Sequence record: NC_028992.1
DNA length: 34,783 nt
Direction: 5' to 3' (one strand)
In this document: positions 18,439 to 26,962 of the stretch, piece by piece
How positions within the stretch are numbered: the first letter of the stretch is position 1
Layout: each line of letters opens with the position of its first letter
Position numbers and translations under genes: made by a program
Notes under the pieces: model-generated
Told to the model about the DNA's origin: nothing
Seen by the model: only the letters and a program-made list of their open reading frames with translations
The model's database searches: none

Positions 18439-18454
18439 TAAACTCCCCAGTTTA
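18439..18454 (-). repeat. 16-mer site upstream of the recombinase
   Basis: TAAACTCCCCAGTTTA on the + strand. Confidence 0.92.
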
Positions 18455-18644
18455 ACACAAAATATTGAATTTTGTGACAAAGCTATCGTGGAATTCGTTG
18501 TTTCTCTTACGGCCCTAAGCGAAACGCCGTGGAGATTTTATATTTCTCTTTCTGAGGATATAACGGGAAAAATAGAAATGCAAGATGAGAGAGGGATAAA
18601 TCAATCTCATAGGAGCAAAATTCGATTTTGGAGGTTGAAGAGAA

Positions 18645-19373
18645 ATGGATAAAGAGGAGCTAAAATTAATTATCCAAAACCTTCCCGATAACTCCCTTAA
18701 ACTTCTAGAGTATTTACAGGAAGCCAAGGAAAAGGGATGGGCTGATATTATTGATATGATTGCCGTAAAACTAGGACTAAAAGAGGAGAAAAAGAAGAGG
18801 AAGAAAGAGGAGAGCGAAATCCTCAAAAAAATTCTGAAACCCTTAGGGAAAAAGAAAATAGAGCATACATGGGATTATAGCGTCGATTTTCTCGAAGCAA
18901 AGAAAGTTTTGGTGAATGCCTATAAAGAATTGTACAATATGAATTTAATGCCATATGAGGTTTATGTTGCCATCCTCATAATTCAGCTAATTAATGGTTC
19001 TAGAATTAAGGAAGCTATTCGGGCGTTTAAGACGTTTGTGGAGTCGAATCAAAGAGAGTTTCAATTAGAGGCTGAGAAGCATGGAAATAATAGATTCTTT
19101 GTCATTCCCGATGTCGTTAAAAATAGGTTATCTTACAAATCAGTGCTAATGATTAGTGATGACAACTTAGAAGCTAGAATAAGAATGTTTACTCTGAAAT
19201 ATTTGAAGACGAACACACATTCTCTTCGTTATTCGCTAATTTCGTATTTAGCGAAAAATGCTGTAGATCCTGCATTAATCGCGAAAATCACTGGGCATAA
19301 GAAATTAGATAGGATTATAAATTATACCCAAACTAAAGATGCCATAGAAATCTTGCGTAAACTAGGGAGTTAA
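18645..19373 (+). CDS. int: Tyrosine recombinase/integrase (small, 242 aa)
   Basis: NGSRIKEA (R), HSLRY (HxxR), GHKKLDRIINY (H, catalytic Y); the stop codon lies in a variant 16-mer. Confidence 0.9.
   Translation: MDKEELKLIIQNLPDNSLKLLEYLQEAKEKGWADIIDMIAVKLGLKEEKKKRKKEESEILKKILKPLGKKKIEHTWDYSVDFLEAKKVLVNAYKELYNMNLMPYEVYVAILIIQLINGSRIKEAIRAFKTFVESNQREFQLEAEKHGNNRFFVIPDVVKNRLSYKSVLMISDDNLEARIRMFTLKYLKTNTHSLRYSLISYLAKNAVDPALIAKITGHKKLDRIINYTQTKDAIEILRKLGS
19358..19373 (+). repeat. Variant 16-mer ending the recombinase gene
   Basis: TAAACTAGGGAGTTAA; its last TAA is the int stop. Confidence 0.75.
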
Positions 19374-19396
19374 AAAACTTCACTTTTCTTATTCCC

Positions 19397-19891
19397 TCAA
19401 TTGATATTAATCAACTCTGTGATTCTTTTTTCGATTTCATTCAATTCCTTATCGACCTTGGTCTCGTCCACAGACCCCTTATCTTCTAATGCGATGACAT
19501 GATCGAGGAAGAGGTTAGACGCCTCGAATAATAATCTCAGTACCTCATTCTTCATTTGTTTGTCCTCGACTAGAACCGCCAATTTATAGAGCTTCTCAAC
19601 GTCCCTGAGTATTCTTGTGACCTGCCCATTATTGCTGTAATCTGTTTCCTTTTTTAGATCACTCCAGTCGATGTCCTTCGGCACCTTACCGTCAACTAAC
19701 GCCATTTCCCACTCCATTAAGACGTTCGAATATTTGTTTAGATACTTGATGAAGTTCTTTCTTGTAGATTCACTTTTCGACGTTTTTGCATAAAAATAGA
19801 TTTTGTCTAAGACCCATGTTAGGTCCCCTATATGTTTAGGGCTGGGCTCAGGGATTTGGACCATTTTTGGTCGAGATATCTTTTTTGTCAA
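19397..19891 (-). CDS. Hypothetical helical protein
   Basis: 164-aa ORF; TTTATATA box upstream; may start at ATG 19864. Confidence 0.7.
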   Translation of the reverse strand: MTKKISRPKMVQIPEPSPKHIGDLTWVLDKIYFYAKTSKSESTRKNFIKYLNKYSNVLMEWEMALVDGKVPKDIDWSDLKKETDYSNNGQVTRILRDVEKLYKLAVLVEDKQMKNEVLRLLFEASNLFLDHVIALEDKGSVDETKVDKELNEIEKRITELININ

Positions 19892-20023
19892 ACTAATATA
19901 TAAAGCTTTTGCCTAATCAGTTGTTACAATTCCCCTTATCCCAAAACCTGACGTAACAGTTTATTGGTGGGGGCTAACCCCCTAGCAAACAAAGTGTTGC
20001 GTCAAAAACAGGGGCTGAAGGAA

Positions 20024-20038
20024 TAAACTGGGGAGTTA
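20024..20038 (+). repeat. 16-mer site
   Basis: TAAACTGGGGAGTTA. Confidence 0.88.
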
Positions 20039-20109
20039 AATGGAAAAAATCCTTAAGAGATTAATGTGGTATCTAGGGCGTGTCGTGCTGCTAGCAGCCA
20101 GCTTTAGTC

Positions 20110-20745
20110 TTAGAATGTTAGTGTACTGCATAATGGGCACTTGTAAGTTCTTTGAAATCGTTTCAAATAATCCTCAGGGTTCTTCTGAATATCTCGGAAG
20201 TATATCCTTTGGTGGTTGTAAAATAACCCCGACCCTCCTTTCCTCAGCTTAGCCTCAGCCTCCACGAACTTTTGGAAGAACTCCGGGTTCTTTAACGCTA
20301 GTACTGCAAAATCTGCTGGTGTCTTGTAAGCAGAGCACCAACAATCGTAAGCTTTTCCGTAAATGTCATAAAGTGGGTTCTTCTTCAGACTGTTAACCTT
20401 TATGTACTCCTCTACATCTTTTTCTGAAAATTCGAAAATAGGAGCATACGTATAAACTTGAAATCTAGGATGAAGATAGAATTTTTTAGCACGACTCTTC
20501 ATCCAGCTCTCATCCTTCCTAACTCCGGTAACTAGAACTATTTCCTCTTTATTCTTATCCTTTAGAAACTCCTGCAAAGGTTGCAGCTTCAGGAAGTGTT
20601 TGCACCACCTATGTGTAATCGTCGGAAATCCGATCCTCTCAACGAGTTTAAAATAATCCTCTTTAGGAGATATAATATCCAGTGGAACGTTATATTATCC
20701 TATGAATTCTTTGTAGGGCAACGTAAAAAAATCACTCATCTTCAA
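20110..20745 (-). pseudogene. PAPS-reductase-family pseudogene lacking the PP-loop
   Basis: GFPTITHRWC...LK, VTGVRKDES and PIFEFS motifs; in-frame TAA at 20697-20695; no SGGKDS; SD AGGAGG precedes TTG 20745. Confidence 0.75.
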
Positions 20746-20810
20746 ATGAAGCCCCTCCTAATTTTCTTAGTTTTTATTTTGATCACGCTTATGATCCCTA
20801 CAGAGATAAT

Positions 20811-21509
20811 TTGTTAGAGAAGTACGGCGACTTCAAGGACTCAGAACTTTGCTTAGTTATACCTACAAGGAACGAGGCCGAAAACTTGCCCATAATCGTG
20901 GGAAAGGTTCTCCCTTACGGCTACTCAATAATTGTTGTTGATGACGAGAGCACGGATGGCACGTTCGAGCTGGCCAAGAGGTTGGCAGAAGAGGGTAAGA
21001 TATCGCTGATAGAGAGACGAGGAGTAAGGGGTTTGGGGTCCGCCATAAGGGTCGGAATTGAGAACGCCCCTTGTAAGTTCGTTGCTGTAATTGACGCCGA
21101 CCTACAGCACCCTCCTGAAACTTTACCTATTTTCCTTGAGAAGCTCAGGGCAGGCTGTGATATAGTTGTGGGTTCGAGGTATACTAAAGGAGGGAGAATA
21201 ATCGGTTGGCCTCTGAGGAGGAGGCTGATCTCCTTAGGTGCTATAATATTGGCTAAGCTACTTATACTGGAGGCGAGGAGGACGAGGGACCCAGTCTCGG
21301 GGTTTTTCGCGATCAACAAGGAGAGGGTTAAGCCCGATATAACGACTTCTGGCTACAAGGCATTACTAGACATACTAGTTAGGAACCCGAAAGCGAAGGT
21401 GTGCGACGTGCCTTATACCTTCGTGAATAGAAGCAGAGGGAAAAGCAAGTTGAGCCTCAGGGAGATCAGGGAATATTGGAACCAGATAGTGGGATATAGG
21501 AAGATATAG
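20811..21509 (+). CDS. GT2 polyprenol-phosphate hexose synthase (DPM1/GtrB-like)
   Basis: VIPTRNE, VVDDESTDGT, IDADLQHPP, VVGSRY, DPVSGF, RGKSKL motifs. Confidence 0.92.
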   Translation: MLEKYGDFKDSELCLVIPTRNEAENLPIIVGKVLPYGYSIIVVDDESTDGTFELAKRLAEEGKISLIERRGVRGLGSAIRVGIENAPCKFVAVIDADLQHPPETLPIFLEKLRAGCDIVVGSRYTKGGRIIGWPLRRRLISLGAIILAKLLILEARRTRDPVSGFFAINKERVKPDITTSGYKALLDILVRNPKAKVCDVPYTFVNRSRGKSKLSLREIREYWNQIVGYRKI

Positions 21510-21522
21510 AAAGGTTGGGAAT

Positions 21523-21960
21523 ATGAGATATTTGCAACGACTCCTGAAATTCGCCATAGTTGGGGGGCTAGGCACTATACTCAACGAGGGAGTTTTCGTC
21601 CTTTCTTCTGAGGCTATTCCCATAGCTGTTTCCCTGGCCTTAGCAATTGAGGCCTCTGTCATCTTCAATTTCGTCCTGAATGACATGTGGACCTTTAGGG
21701 ATAAGAGGAATGGATCTTTCATGGAAAGGCTTGTCAAATTTCATGCTTCCTCCTATCTAGGGAATGTGATTCAATATTTGGCGACTCTAGCGTTACTTAT
21801 CTACTTTCTCCATTTTCCCTCTATCTATCAGGCCCTACTCACATTATTCTTGGATAAATATGGGCAGTCCACCGTTTCGTTGTTACTATCCAATTTCTTA
21901 GGAATAATAGTGGGCTTCATGGTGCGATTTGCGACTAGCCTAAGGTACGTGTGGACTTAA
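21523..21960 (+). CDS. gtrA: GtrA-family flippase-like membrane protein
   Basis: KFAIVGGLGTILN...NFVLNDMWTF...; four TM helices; the stop codon is the TAA of a 16-mer. Confidence 0.88.
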   Translation: MRYLQRLLKFAIVGGLGTILNEGVFVLSSEAIPIAVSLALAIEASVIFNFVLNDMWTFRDKRNGSFMERLVKFHASSYLGNVIQYLATLALLIYFLHFPSIYQALLTLFLDKYGQSTVSLLLSNFLGIIVGFMVRFATSLRYVWT

Positions 21961-21973
21961 ACTCCCCAGTTTA
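21958..21973 (-). repeat. 16-mer site containing the gtrA stop
   Basis: TAAACTCCCCAGTTTA. Confidence 0.92.
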
Positions 21974-22223
21974 ACCCGATTACGGTCAAGCGTCCTGGTG
22001 GTTCGAATATCGTACTTTGGGTTATATTATAGGGACTCGAACTTAGTGGTTCGAAAGTCGAACCATACATGTGGTTATTCTGTAAATTTCGAACCGATAG
22101 ATACGAAATTAGAACCACGAGGGTAGGCACTAACATTCGCGACGAAAAGGAGGTGGAAAGTTTTTCTTGTCATTATGCTAACTCCTTTCACAAATGAGGG
22201 ATAGGGAGAGATTCGAGGAAGAG

Positions 22224-22340
22224 ATGGAATACATGAAAACACATAGGTATGCCATAATAGCCATCGTAATTCTATTAGGTATTGTAATAAAAATAAAAAT
22301 GATTATTAGAAAAATACTCATAAAACTAAGCGGTGGCTAA
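22224..22340 (+). CDS. 38-aa single-TM peptide not in the ORF track
   Basis: GAGGA SD; MEYMKTHRYAIIAIVILLGIVIK...; stop is 3 nt before the next ATG. Confidence 0.45.
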   Translation: MEYMKTHRYAIIAIVILLGIVIKIKMIIRKILIKLSGG

Positions 22341-22343
22341 ACG

Positions 22344-22544
22344 ATGGATCATGAAAACAAGGACAAACCTGAGGAGAGTTTTAGGGAGACCAAGGATCAT
22401 ATGACGCCCGAGGAGATGATAGGTGCAATCGTTGCTTTCGTAATTGGTATTATCGGTTTAGCCATAATTTGCACCCTCCATGATATGGGACAGATTCAGC
22501 AAGTCCTCAACACTTCTATGGTGAAAATCCCTGGCTTCATCTAA
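22344..22544 (+). CDS. Small single-TM protein
   Basis: One hydrophobic helix; GGTGG SD. Confidence 0.6.
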   Translation: MDHENKDKPEESFRETKDHMTPEEMIGAIVAFVIGIIGLAIICTLHDMGQIQQVLNTSMVKIPGFI

Positions 22545-22554
22545 ATCCTAAATC

Positions 22555-23098
22555 CTAAAGAGTGACCTGGTTCCTTTCGACGAGGCAATTGATTTTTGAG
22601 AAATACAATCTTTCATTCTTAAAGACGCTGGCTAATGCCTTGTAGAGGTCGGCGAGTGAAAACCTGTAGTGCGGATATATCAGCTCAGCGTTGTAGTAGA
22701 TAGCACACTCGCCGAATTCATCCTTGAAAAACGAGGAAGGATGGGGACGTTGCCGAAACTGATTGCGACGTATATGTATCCGACGTTTATCCCCTCTCCA
22801 AATAGATGTACCAATTCCCATGATAAAGTGCGTCAGGATCCCTGACCACGTACGGTTTTTCTACAGGGGCAATCACGTTGTTCGGCCACCTCTTTAGAGC
22901 TTCTGTCCTTGCGTCCTCAGAAACGATAAAGCTGTTCCAGAACGTCTTCATGAGTACGTCGTATACTGGCGGAACGAACTCCTTCCCTTCTTTTTCAGCG
23001 ATTATTTTCGAGATGGCTACGTTCTGGGGCTGGCCGTTCTTGTAGGCGAACTTACCCTCGAGTATTTTTTCAATAACGTCCTTAAACATCAGCGTCAT
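22555..23098 (-). CDS. Hypothetical protein, apparently broken by two homopolymer indels
   Basis: Adding one G at 22791-22794 and one T at 22727-22731 joins ORF 22787-23098, an intervening frame (INVGYIYVAISFGNVPILP) and ORF 22555-22821. Confidence 0.5.
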
Positions 23099-23861
23099 CT
23101 TCCTCGAGCTCCCTGTATTTGTCGATCTTTTGCTCGATTATCCTCCTTCTCTTCTCCATCATATCGTTCCAGATCTCACTAGGCATCCTCGGGTTCTTGA
23201 TGTAAAAGAACATCTCTGGGATGTCGACTTCCTTTAGGGTTCCCGATCGGGTTGAGGCTACTTCCCTCCTGGTGAATATTACCTTCCCGTCCTTCTTTAC
23301 CTGTACTCTCCAAGACGCTATGTCCCGGAAGAACTTAGCCAGTCCTACAAGCCTCGGAACCGTGAAGATTATCAGGGATATGAAGTCCTTCACGTAGACG
23401 AAAGCGTCGAAGAGCTCGAGCATCTTCCTCTTCTCTGCAGCTCTCTTCATGTTCCACGTTGAGCTCAGCCCTATTGCGGAAGGGTCGTCGAAAAGCACGA
23501 CGTCGTAACGTTGTCCACTCTTGACGTTTTCTAGGAGTTGCTTGAAATCGTCGACGTCAAATACTATCCTTTTGCGTACCTCATTCATGTCCTCATAGAC
23601 ATAGAACATGGACTGGATGACGTAGCTAGTTTTACCGCTTCCTGGCGGACCGTAAACGATTATTTCATCATGAATTAGTCTATCATTTGTTTTGATTGCA
23701 CTGCTTATGAACCAGACAAGTGGATTGAATCGAAAATCGTTAGCTAGCTGTTTTAGAGCTTCCCATCCTTCTCCCCTAGTTTTCGGAACCATAATTTTGT
23801 GATAAATCGGAAGTAATATGCTATAATAGTTCTGATAATCTTCTAATCGCATCATAGCCAC
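23082..23861 (-). CDS. P-loop ATPase, fusellovirus B251-like
   Basis: GPPGSGKT, VVLFDD, then LIIFTVP..K..R...WRVQV, as recalled for the B251 family. Confidence 0.8.
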   Translation of the reverse strand: MAMMRLEDYQNYYSILLPIYHKIMVPKTRGEGWEALKQLANDFRFNPLVWFISSAIKTNDRLIHDEIIVYGPPGSGKTSYVIQSMFYVYEDMNEVRKRIVFDVDDFKQLLENVKSGQRYDVVLFDDPSAIGLSSTWNMKRAAEKRKMLELFDAFVYVKDFISLIIFTVPRLVGLAKFFRDIASWRVQVKKDGKVIFTRREVASTRSGTLKEVDIPEMFFYIKNPRMPSEIWNDMMEKRRRIIEQKIDKYRELEEDDADV

Positions 23862-24018
23862 CTAGACAGTCGACCAGTTTACTCTTTCTCCTTTCTCCTG
23901 TCTTCAAGAATTGTATAATGTGGTCGATCTCCTCTTCAGTGATTAAGCCTATGCATTCCTCCTTAATGTCGTCTACTAATATACGCTCTAATATCTTGTA
24001 TATTTTCTCCTCTTCCAT
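23821..24018 (-). CDS. Small hypothetical protein
   Basis: SD-preceded ORF in a tight operon. Confidence 0.6.
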   Translation of the reverse strand: MEEEKIYKILERILVDDIKEECIGLITEEEIDHIIQFLKTGERRKSKLVDCLGGYDAIRRLSELL

Positions 24019-24021
24019 TCC

Positions 24022-24303
24022 TCATCCACCCCTGTTAGTAGTATTTTTCTCATTTTGCTTATTTTCCTTGTTGACGCGAGATTCGACCAGCTTCGTTATC
24101 CTCATTATCTTTATTACTACGAGAAGGAACACTATACTACTTATTGTAAGCGACGCGAAATCGTTGTACAAATAGGAGAGAACGGCCATGGCCATCGCCA
24201 TAACCGCAAACAAAATTTCGAAACGAACAATGGGAAAGTATCGCTTTTCTACGATAATATAGACGATCAAGAGTATTGCGGAAACGAAATCGAATATCAC
24301 CAT
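24022..24303 (-). CDS. Three-TM small membrane protein
   Basis: Hydrophobic helices with a polar C-terminal tail. Confidence 0.7.
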   Translation of the reverse strand: MVIFDFVSAILLIVYIIVEKRYFPIVRFEILFAVMAMAMAVLSYLYNDFASLTISSIVFLLVVIKIMRITKLVESRVNKENKQNEKNTTNRGG

Positions 24304-24668
24304 ACATTGACACCGAGATTCGGATATACGACACTCTCAGTTACCGCGATTTCACTGAGTATATCAATCAGTAATTTCGTTGTCCTTTCCATGTAGTCGT
24401 CGATGCTTTCCCCTTCCTTCCTTTCTAGCTCCCTCATTATTTCATTCAATCCCTTCCCTATCTTCCTGGTGATGTAGTCCGTCTTGTCCATGTGTGCTAG
24501 CAGGGATTTCGTTGCACTCACAGTGGCAAGGAATGCAGCTTTCCGTTGCGGGAACGGTATGCTGAAATTGTTTACCTCGTGGATTATCTTGTTTAGTAAA
24601 TGAGTTGCGAACTCCCTGTAGGATCTTAAAGGAGTTAGCTCAATGCCTGCATTCATTCCAGCTGACAT
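24297..24668 (-). CDS. Hypothetical helical protein
   Basis: Overlaps neighbours in the operon. Confidence 0.65.
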   Translation of the reverse strand: MSAGMNAGIELTPLRSYREFATHLLNKIIHEVNNFSIPFPQRKAAFLATVSATKSLLAHMDKTDYITRKIGKGLNEIMRELERKEGESIDDYMERTTKLLIDILSEIAVTESVVYPNLGVNVW

Positions 24669-25039
24669 TCCTGATTCCCCTTCACAGAGAGTAGGTATAC
24701 GTTACCGTTCTTCCCTTTCATCATTTTGATGCAATTTAGCTGGCTGAGGATAGACCTTATCCTTTGCTTAGTTTCAGGCAGGAGTGCGTCGCTCATTTTG
24801 GTGTATAAAACTAGGTCGTCCTCGTCATAGACAACGTCGAAATCGTAAGGTGTGAGGACTACTGGGGGAGAAACTACACGTTTGGCCTTTACGCCTTTCA
24901 GTAGTGCTAGGGACAATAGGGAATGAACTTGGCCGTAGAGAACTACTGCGTTCTTGTGGACTTCGTACTGCTTAAGGAAATTGAACAGCTTGGTTGGTGT
25001 GTACTGTGCCTTCAGCAAAACCATGTACTTCTTTATCAT
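24653..25039 (-). CDS. Hypothetical protein
   Basis: ATGA overlap with the upstream gene. Confidence 0.65.
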   Translation of the reverse strand: MIKKYMVLLKAQYTPTKLFNFLKQYEVHKNAVVLYGQVHSLLSLALLKGVKAKRVVSPPVVLTPYDFDVVYDEDDLVLYTKMSDALLPETKQRIRSILSQLNCIKMMKGKNGNVYLLSVKGNQECQLE

Positions 25040-25383
25040 TTTATCATATCCTCCAGTAATTTCTCAACGAGCTCGTTGCTTTTCGCAGGAATAATGGCAC
25101 CGTGTGTATCGTTATCGTCAAGCTTATTCACGAAGTAGTATTTTATTTTAGGCGTCCTGGACCAGAATAGCCTGAATAGATCGGTAGCGGGTGGCAGTAC
25201 TTCTACTACTTCGTAATTGCCGTAGCTTATTATTCTCATGTGAAGTCCTCCTATGCTACAAACGAATTCTTGCCAGACTGGTAGCGACGTGTTCACTGGA
25301 AATATTATTATTTGTGCTTTTCTTATTTCATCTAAGAATTCCTCTTTCGACTTTGCCTCGGTCTTGTTTAGGAACTTGACCAT
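25036..25383 (-). CDS. Hypothetical protein (start revised to ATG 25383)
   Basis: TTTTTCTTAT element at the same spacing as at 8024 and 26895. Confidence 0.6.
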   Translation of the reverse strand: MVKFLNKTEAKSKEEFLDEIRKAQIIIFPVNTSLPVWQEFVCSIGGLHMRIISYGNYEVVEVLPPATDLFRLFWSRTPKIKYYFVNKLDDNDTHGAIIPAKSNELVEKLLEDMIK

Positions 25384-25423
25384 ATGAAGGAAAAAGAATT
25401 GGGATAAGAAAAATGTTGAACCC

Positions 25424-25795
25424 TCAGGGTGAGGGGACAAGGTCGTATTGTTTGCCCTCATTCCTGAATATTATCATTTTTTTCTCTAAATCAAGGTACG
25501 GTGTGTACCCTTTCAAAAGAGGAAATACCTGCTTAGGTATATGGATGTAGTGGGCATTGTACTCTTTTCCTGCGACTTTCCGCTTTAACACGAGCCACCT
25601 TAGCTGTAGTGTCCTTTCTTGCTCAATTTTCTCATCGCTCTTCCTGAATATTATTACTCTATTCTCTAAATCAAGATATGGTGTGTATTCCTTTAAAAAT
25701 AATGCTATTTGTGAAGGTATTAGAACGTAGTGCATAACAAACACTTCCCCTCCCTTTTTTTGCTTTTTCACAACCCATCTTAATTCTTGCTCCAT
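25424..25795 (-). CDS. Tandem-duplicated AbrB/swapped-hairpin-like DNA-binding protein
   Basis: Two ~48-aa repeats LRW...HY.xIP.Q....LK.YTPYLDLE...IIFR; ATG 25795 is 25 nt below TTTTTTA. Confidence 0.55.
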   Translation of the reverse strand: MEQELRWVVKKQKKGGEVFVMHYVLIPSQIALFLKEYTPYLDLENRVIIFRKSDEKIEQERTLQLRWLVLKRKVAGKEYNAHYIHIPKQVFPLLKGYTPYLDLEKKMIIFRNEGKQYDLVPSP

Positions 25796-25885
25796 CAATA
25801 TTAGGTTCAACCAGTTAGTTAAAAAATTTACTCATCAGTTTACCCACTGAAAGAACAACCCGTATATCAAAATTATGACGAGGGT

Positions 25886-26293
25886 TTATCTCGTGAAAAA
25901 CCTGTGCTCGGCCAGCCACAGCAACAACCTGTGTAGCAATACCACTATTATCAGGGATAACATTGCGGCGATTAGGAACGCCATAGCATAGTATATCCAG
26001 ACATCGTTTTCTGACGGTACTACCACCACATCGTAGTACCCTGGCTGTACAGTTGTGGAGTTCACGTACACGCTCCCGTTTACCTCTAGGACTCCTCCTC
26101 CGTTTATGCTCAGCGTTGTGTAAGGACCTGAGGGGTAGTAATAGTAAGTCCCTGATGGCGTGAAGTTGTACATGCCAGGCTGGAAGTACATATTGAAGGT
26201 GTAGTAAGTCCTGGCGATAGACGCAGTTATCACCGATGATATGGCGAGGGTCAGAACGACGAAGACTATCGCGTAAAACACGGCCTCTTTCAT
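25886..26293 (-). CDS. Two-TM glycoprotein, same architecture as 13444-13920
   Basis: TM - beta-rich loop (VNGS, PGYY) - TM. Confidence 0.7.
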   Translation of the reverse strand: MKEAVFYAIVFVVLTLAISSVITASIARTYYTFNMYFQPGMYNFTPSGTYYYYPSGPYTTLSINGGGVLEVNGSVYVNSTTVQPGYYDVVVVPSENDVWIYYAMAFLIAAMLSLIIVVLLHRLLLWLAEHRFFTR

Positions 26294-26895
26294 TTCACCA
26301 CCGCGAAGGTGAAGGAGGAGGACTCTATGCTTTCTCCCAATATCACGATGTCCCTTTCCTCGGGAGCGAATACCCTGATTATATTATCGTCGAAGACTAC
26401 CTTTTTGATCTCCCTAGATGGAGGGAAAGGCAGAGCGTAGAAGAACGGCATTGTGCCCGCGTTGATTAGCAGAAGCGCATACATGTAGTCTTCATACGGG
26501 GTTCTGTTGCTACGGTTGAGGAGGATTAAGAGGTCGTTGTTGCTTTCGAAGTAGTCGGGTTTTCTAATCTTAGTCTTGGCCACCTCTAAGTCCTTCTTCT
26601 TCCTAATGTCCTGCAGGTAGACGAAAGGTTTCGTCGTCTCTTCAACGACGTACGTATATCTGAAGTACTCGTCTTCGATTTCGACAACGTTGCTTTCGAC
26701 CTTTGAGGACAGTGGAATGGAAAAGGTCGGCCTGAATCGGAACGCTGGGGCATCATACTGCTCTCTAATTGCAGCCAAAGCGAGGAACGTGTCAGCTGGT
26801 CTGTGCTCTGTTTTCTTCAGCAACCTGAGGTAATCAGAGACGGTATTGACTTTCACGTTGTACATGACCTCCAAATAGGACAGTATTGTGCCCAT
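26290..26895 (-). CDS. Hypothetical protein
   Basis: 201-aa ORF with upstream TTTTTCTTAT. Confidence 0.7.
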   Translation of the reverse strand: MGTILSYLEVMYNVKVNTVSDYLRLLKKTEHRPADTFLALAAIREQYDAPAFRFRPTFSIPLSSKVESNVVEIEDEYFRYTYVVEETTKPFVYLQDIRKKKDLEVAKTKIRKPDYFESNNDLLILLNRSNRTPYEDYMYALLLINAGTMPFFYALPFPPSREIKKVVFDDNIIRVFAPEERDIVILGESIESSSFTFAVVK

Positions 26896-26946
26896 AAGAG
26901 TAGGGTGAATTCGAATAAGAAAAACTTGGAACCGATTAAGAGGGGA

Positions 26947-26962
26947 TTAACTGGGGAGTTTA
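26947..26962 (+). repeat. 16-mer site containing the stop of 26960-27727
   Basis: TTAACTGGGGAGTTTA. Confidence 0.9.

Noticed and set aside
18410-18652. 80-aa + strand ORF upstream of int
   Set aside because: Spans a divergent intergenic region containing a 16-mer; no SD and no recognisable motif.
18645-19373. SSV-type attP (tRNA 3' half) inside the integrase gene
   Set aside because: No tRNA-like segment (T-arm GGTTC..ATCC, CCA end) is visible in or near the gene.
20581-20817. 78-aa + strand ORF
   Set aside because: Antisense to the conserved PAPS-reductase pseudogene segment, which explains the sequence.
21998-22060. GGTTCGAA as a tRNA T-loop
   Set aside because: No acceptor, D or anticodon stems can be folded around it.
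25827-25842. TTTACTCATCAGTTTA as a further 16-mer copy
   Set aside because: Four mismatches including the core; not counted.
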